Shown piece after piece: positions 61,804 through 64,000 of a stretch of DNA of 64,000 bases (position 1 is its first letter; each line of letters starts with the position of its first letter). The notes beneath the pieces were generated by a model. The model ran no database searches and was not told where the DNA came from. It saw only the letters and a list, made by a program, of their open reading frames with translations. The stretch spans positions 480,001-544,000 of the forward strand of contig CBDCRW010000004.1 in NCBI GenBank assembly GCA_965221125.1, read 5' to 3'. A program made the position numbers and the translations under genes. The stretch comes from Alphaproteobacteria bacterium (GTDB taxonomy: Bacteria; Pseudomonadota; Alphaproteobacteria; UBA828).

Positions 61804-62712
61804 CTACCCCGCCGCCTCCAACCAGTGGCGGGCGATTTCCTCGCGGGTTGCGAACCAGACGCCCTCGTGCGCCTGCGCGTGCTCGATGAAGCGGCTGAGC
61901 CCCGCGATCCGCCCCGGTCGGCCGATCATGCGGGCGTGCAGCCCGATGGACATCATCTTCGGGCAAGTCGCCGATTCCGCGTAGAGCGTGTCGAAACTGT
62001 CCCGCGCGTACTGATAGAAGTGATCGGCGGTAAGGAAGCCGGGCGCCGTCCAGAAGGAGAAGTCATTGATATCGCACGTGTAGGGGATGACCAGATGGCG
62101 CTTTCCGCCGACCTCGACGAAGAAGGGCAGGTCGTCGTTGTAGGCGTCTGAATCGTAGATGAAGCCGCCTTCGTCAACCACAAGCTCGCGGGTGTGGATC
62201 GAGGGGCCGAAGCGGCAGTACCAGCCCACGGGCCGCTTGCCGCAGGTGCGCTCGAAGGATTCGATGGCGAGCCGAATGTGCTCGCGCTCCTCCTCGCGGC
62301 TCAGGCGGAACACCTCCTCCCAGCGCCAGCCGTGGCTGCACACTTCGTGGCCGCCGGCGACCACGGCGCGGGCCACCTCCGGGTTCTGCTCGAAAGCGAC
62401 GGCGCAGGCATAGAAGGTGGACTTGATCCCGGTCCTCTCGAAGAGCCGCAGAATACGCCAGACACCGGCGCGGGAGCCGTACTCGAACATCGATTCCATG
62501 GCGAGGTTGCGATAGACCTCGGGCAGCGAGTAGCTGCCGAACTCGGTGAGCCCTTCCTGGCGCGCATCGCCCATGGCGTGCGAATACTCCGAGCCCTCCT
62601 CGTAGTTGACCACCACCGAGACGGCGATGCGCGCCCCGTTCGGCCAGGGGATCGCCGGCGGGTTCGCGCCATAGCCCACGAGATCGCGCCCGCCTGAAAT
62701 TATCTCCGCCAT
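61804..62712 (-). CDS. polysaccharide deacetylase family protein (PuuE allantoinase-like)
   Basis: WPNGARIAV, NYEEG.E, EYGSRAG.WR, HGWRW, DDLP, MMSIGLH.R..GRPGR. Confidence 0.88.
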   Translation of the reverse strand: MAEIISGGRDLVGYGANPPAIPWPNGARIAVSVVVNYEEGSEYSHAMGDARQEGLTEFGSYSLPEVYRNLAMESMFEYGSRAGVWRILRLFERTGIKSTFYACAVAFEQNPEVARAVVAGGHEVCSHGWRWEEVFRLSREEEREHIRLAIESFERTCGKRPVGWYCRFGPSIHTRELVVDEGGFIYDSDAYNDDLPFFVEVGGKRHLVIPYTCDINDFSFWTAPGFLTADHFYQYARDSFDTLYAESATCPKMMSIGLHARMIGRPGRIAGLSRFIEHAQAHEGVWFATREEIARHWLEAAG

Positions 62713-62772
62713 GATTCGCCTTCCCTTGCCCCGCCGCGCGCGTCAGCCCTACGCCGGCCCACTGTCGTCTCT

Positions 62773-62903
62773 TGAGCGTTTCCGTTTCACACGGAAACGC
62801 TCTTGCCTTTTGTCGCTCACGGCAGCCGGCCGTTGGCCGGCGCCTGCGCGAGCGCGCCGCATGCGCGGCGGGCCGCGGTCGCGGCCTGTCGCGAGTCCGT
62901 CAA
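62773..62903 (+). repeat. dispersed multi-hairpin repeat, copy 4 (3'-truncated)
   Basis: GAGCGTTTCCGT-N5-ACGGAAACGCTC hairpin, TCGCTCACGGCA core and internal hairpins. Confidence 0.85.
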
Positions 62904-62933
62904 CGACGGCCTCGCTCCCCCCATCATAGAGCG

Positions 62934-64000
62934 TCACGCGTCGCTGTCGTAATGGGCCTGGAGGATGGCAACGACGCCGTCGCGGCTGTATTCGGGCGGG
63001 ATCGCCTCGCGCTCGGCGAACATCTCGCGGAGCCGCGTACCCGAGATGCGGAGCTTCCCCTCGTCGCCGTGGCGGCAGGGCCGGCCGGCAGCCTCGCCCG
63101 TCGCCACCGCTGCCACCGCACGATGGCGCTCCGCCTCGGCGGGCGTGTTCGCCCGGCCGTCGGCGGCGAAGCACACGTTGCCCGTCGCCATGCCCTCGCA
63201 GTCGAAGCAATGGAACGTGTCGTCGACCTTGATGGGCCGGATGGCGAGGCTGTCCGCGCCGATCTCGTCGAAGATATGCTGCGCGTCGTAGGGCCCGTAA
63301 TAGCCGCCGAGCCCGGCATGGTCGCGCCCGACCACCAGGTGCGAGCACCCGAAATTCTGGCGGAAGAGCGCGTGCAGCAGCGCCTCCCTTGGGCCGGCGT
63401 AGCGCATCTCGATGGGGTAGCCCGCCTGGATCACGCGCCCTTCCGGGAAGTGGTTGGCGACCAGCCAGTCGATGGCGCGGACCCGCACGTCCGCCGGGAT
63501 GTCGCCTTGCTTGAGCGCGCCGAGCACCTGGTGAATGAGCACCCCGTCGCACACCTCGATGGCGACCTTGGCGAGAAACTCGTGGCTGCGGTGCATGGGG
63601 TTGCGGGTCTGGAAGGCGGCCACCGTAGACCAGCCGTGTTCGGCAAACAGCGCGCGGGTCTCGGCAGGCCGCAGGTAAAGCCCCCGGTACGTCTCGGGAA
63701 AGTGCCCCTCGGAGAGGACCGAGACCGGTCCCGCCAGGTTCACGGCGCCCTGCGCCATCACCTTGGCGACGCCGGGGTGGGCCTCGTCGGTCGTGCGGTA
63801 GACTTCGCGGCATTCCAGCGCCTTGTCGATGGCGTATCTCTCGGTAACGGTGAGGACGCCGAGAATCTCGCCCCCTTCGTCCATCAGCGCCGCCTCGTCG
63901 CCGACGGCGACGCCCACGTCCGCGCCGCAGGAAAGCGTGATGGGCAGCGGCCAGAAGAGCCCGTTCTCCAGGCGCATGTCGAGGCAGGCGCCCTTCCAGT
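62934..64000 (-). CDS. sat: sulfate adenylyltransferase (5' end outside the window)
   Basis: [38 protein letters not shown]; frame open to the window edge. Confidence 0.93.
   Translation of the reverse strand, partial: WKGACLDMRLENGLFWPLPITLSCGADVGVAVGDEAALMDEGGEILGVLTVTERYAIDKALECREVYRTTDEAHPGVAKVMAQGAVNLAGPVSVLSEGHFPETYRGLYLRPAETRALFAEHGWSTVAAFQTRNPMHRSHEFLAKVAIEVCDGVLIHQVLGALKQGDIPADVRVRAIDWLVANHFPEGRVIQAGYPIEMRYAGPREALLHALFRQNFGCSHLVVGRDHAGLGGYYGPYDAQHIFDEIGADSLAIRPIKVDDTFHCFDCEGMATGNVCFAADGRANTPAEAERHRAVAAVATGEAAGRPCRHGDEGKLRISGTRLREMFAEREAIPPEYSRDGVVAILQAHYDSDA

Overview
Very GC-rich bacterial DNA, most likely an alphaproteobacterium (inferred from sdhCDAB-mdh, the scpA/meaB type, CTTGAC-N17-CCATAT promoter style and a CGTCATG-type palindrome). 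The window holds about 60 genes: thiolase; a partial sox cluster (soxYZ, soxE-like, soxF-like); an amidohydrolase/monooxygenase pair; PotD-type, Dpp/Opp-type and sugar ABC transporters; tRNA-Arg(ACG); dgcN-dgcA; a VapBC-type module; a five-gene corrinoid methyl-transfer cluster; dac, pmm/pgm, galU; a DnaJ+VWA pair; a xanthine-dehydrogenase-family MSL enzyme with moaD; scpA-atm1-meaB; inositol-type genes; sdhCDAB, mdh; an AT-rich HEPN-like gene; puuE-like; and a partial sat. The best candidates for new biology are (1) the corrinoid cluster at 23257-28801, led by an unknown protein with a duplicated FACGxxH motif, and (2) a dispersed multi-hairpin repeat family (4 large copies plus 1 fragment) with a conserved fold. 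Two gene-inactivating events can be read directly from the sequence: a 2090-bp ISAs1-like element with a 10-bp target duplication splitting an enolase-superfamily gene, and a 22-bp tandem duplication frameshifting a Tat-exported binding protein. All product calls come from motif recognition by eye; no searches were run.
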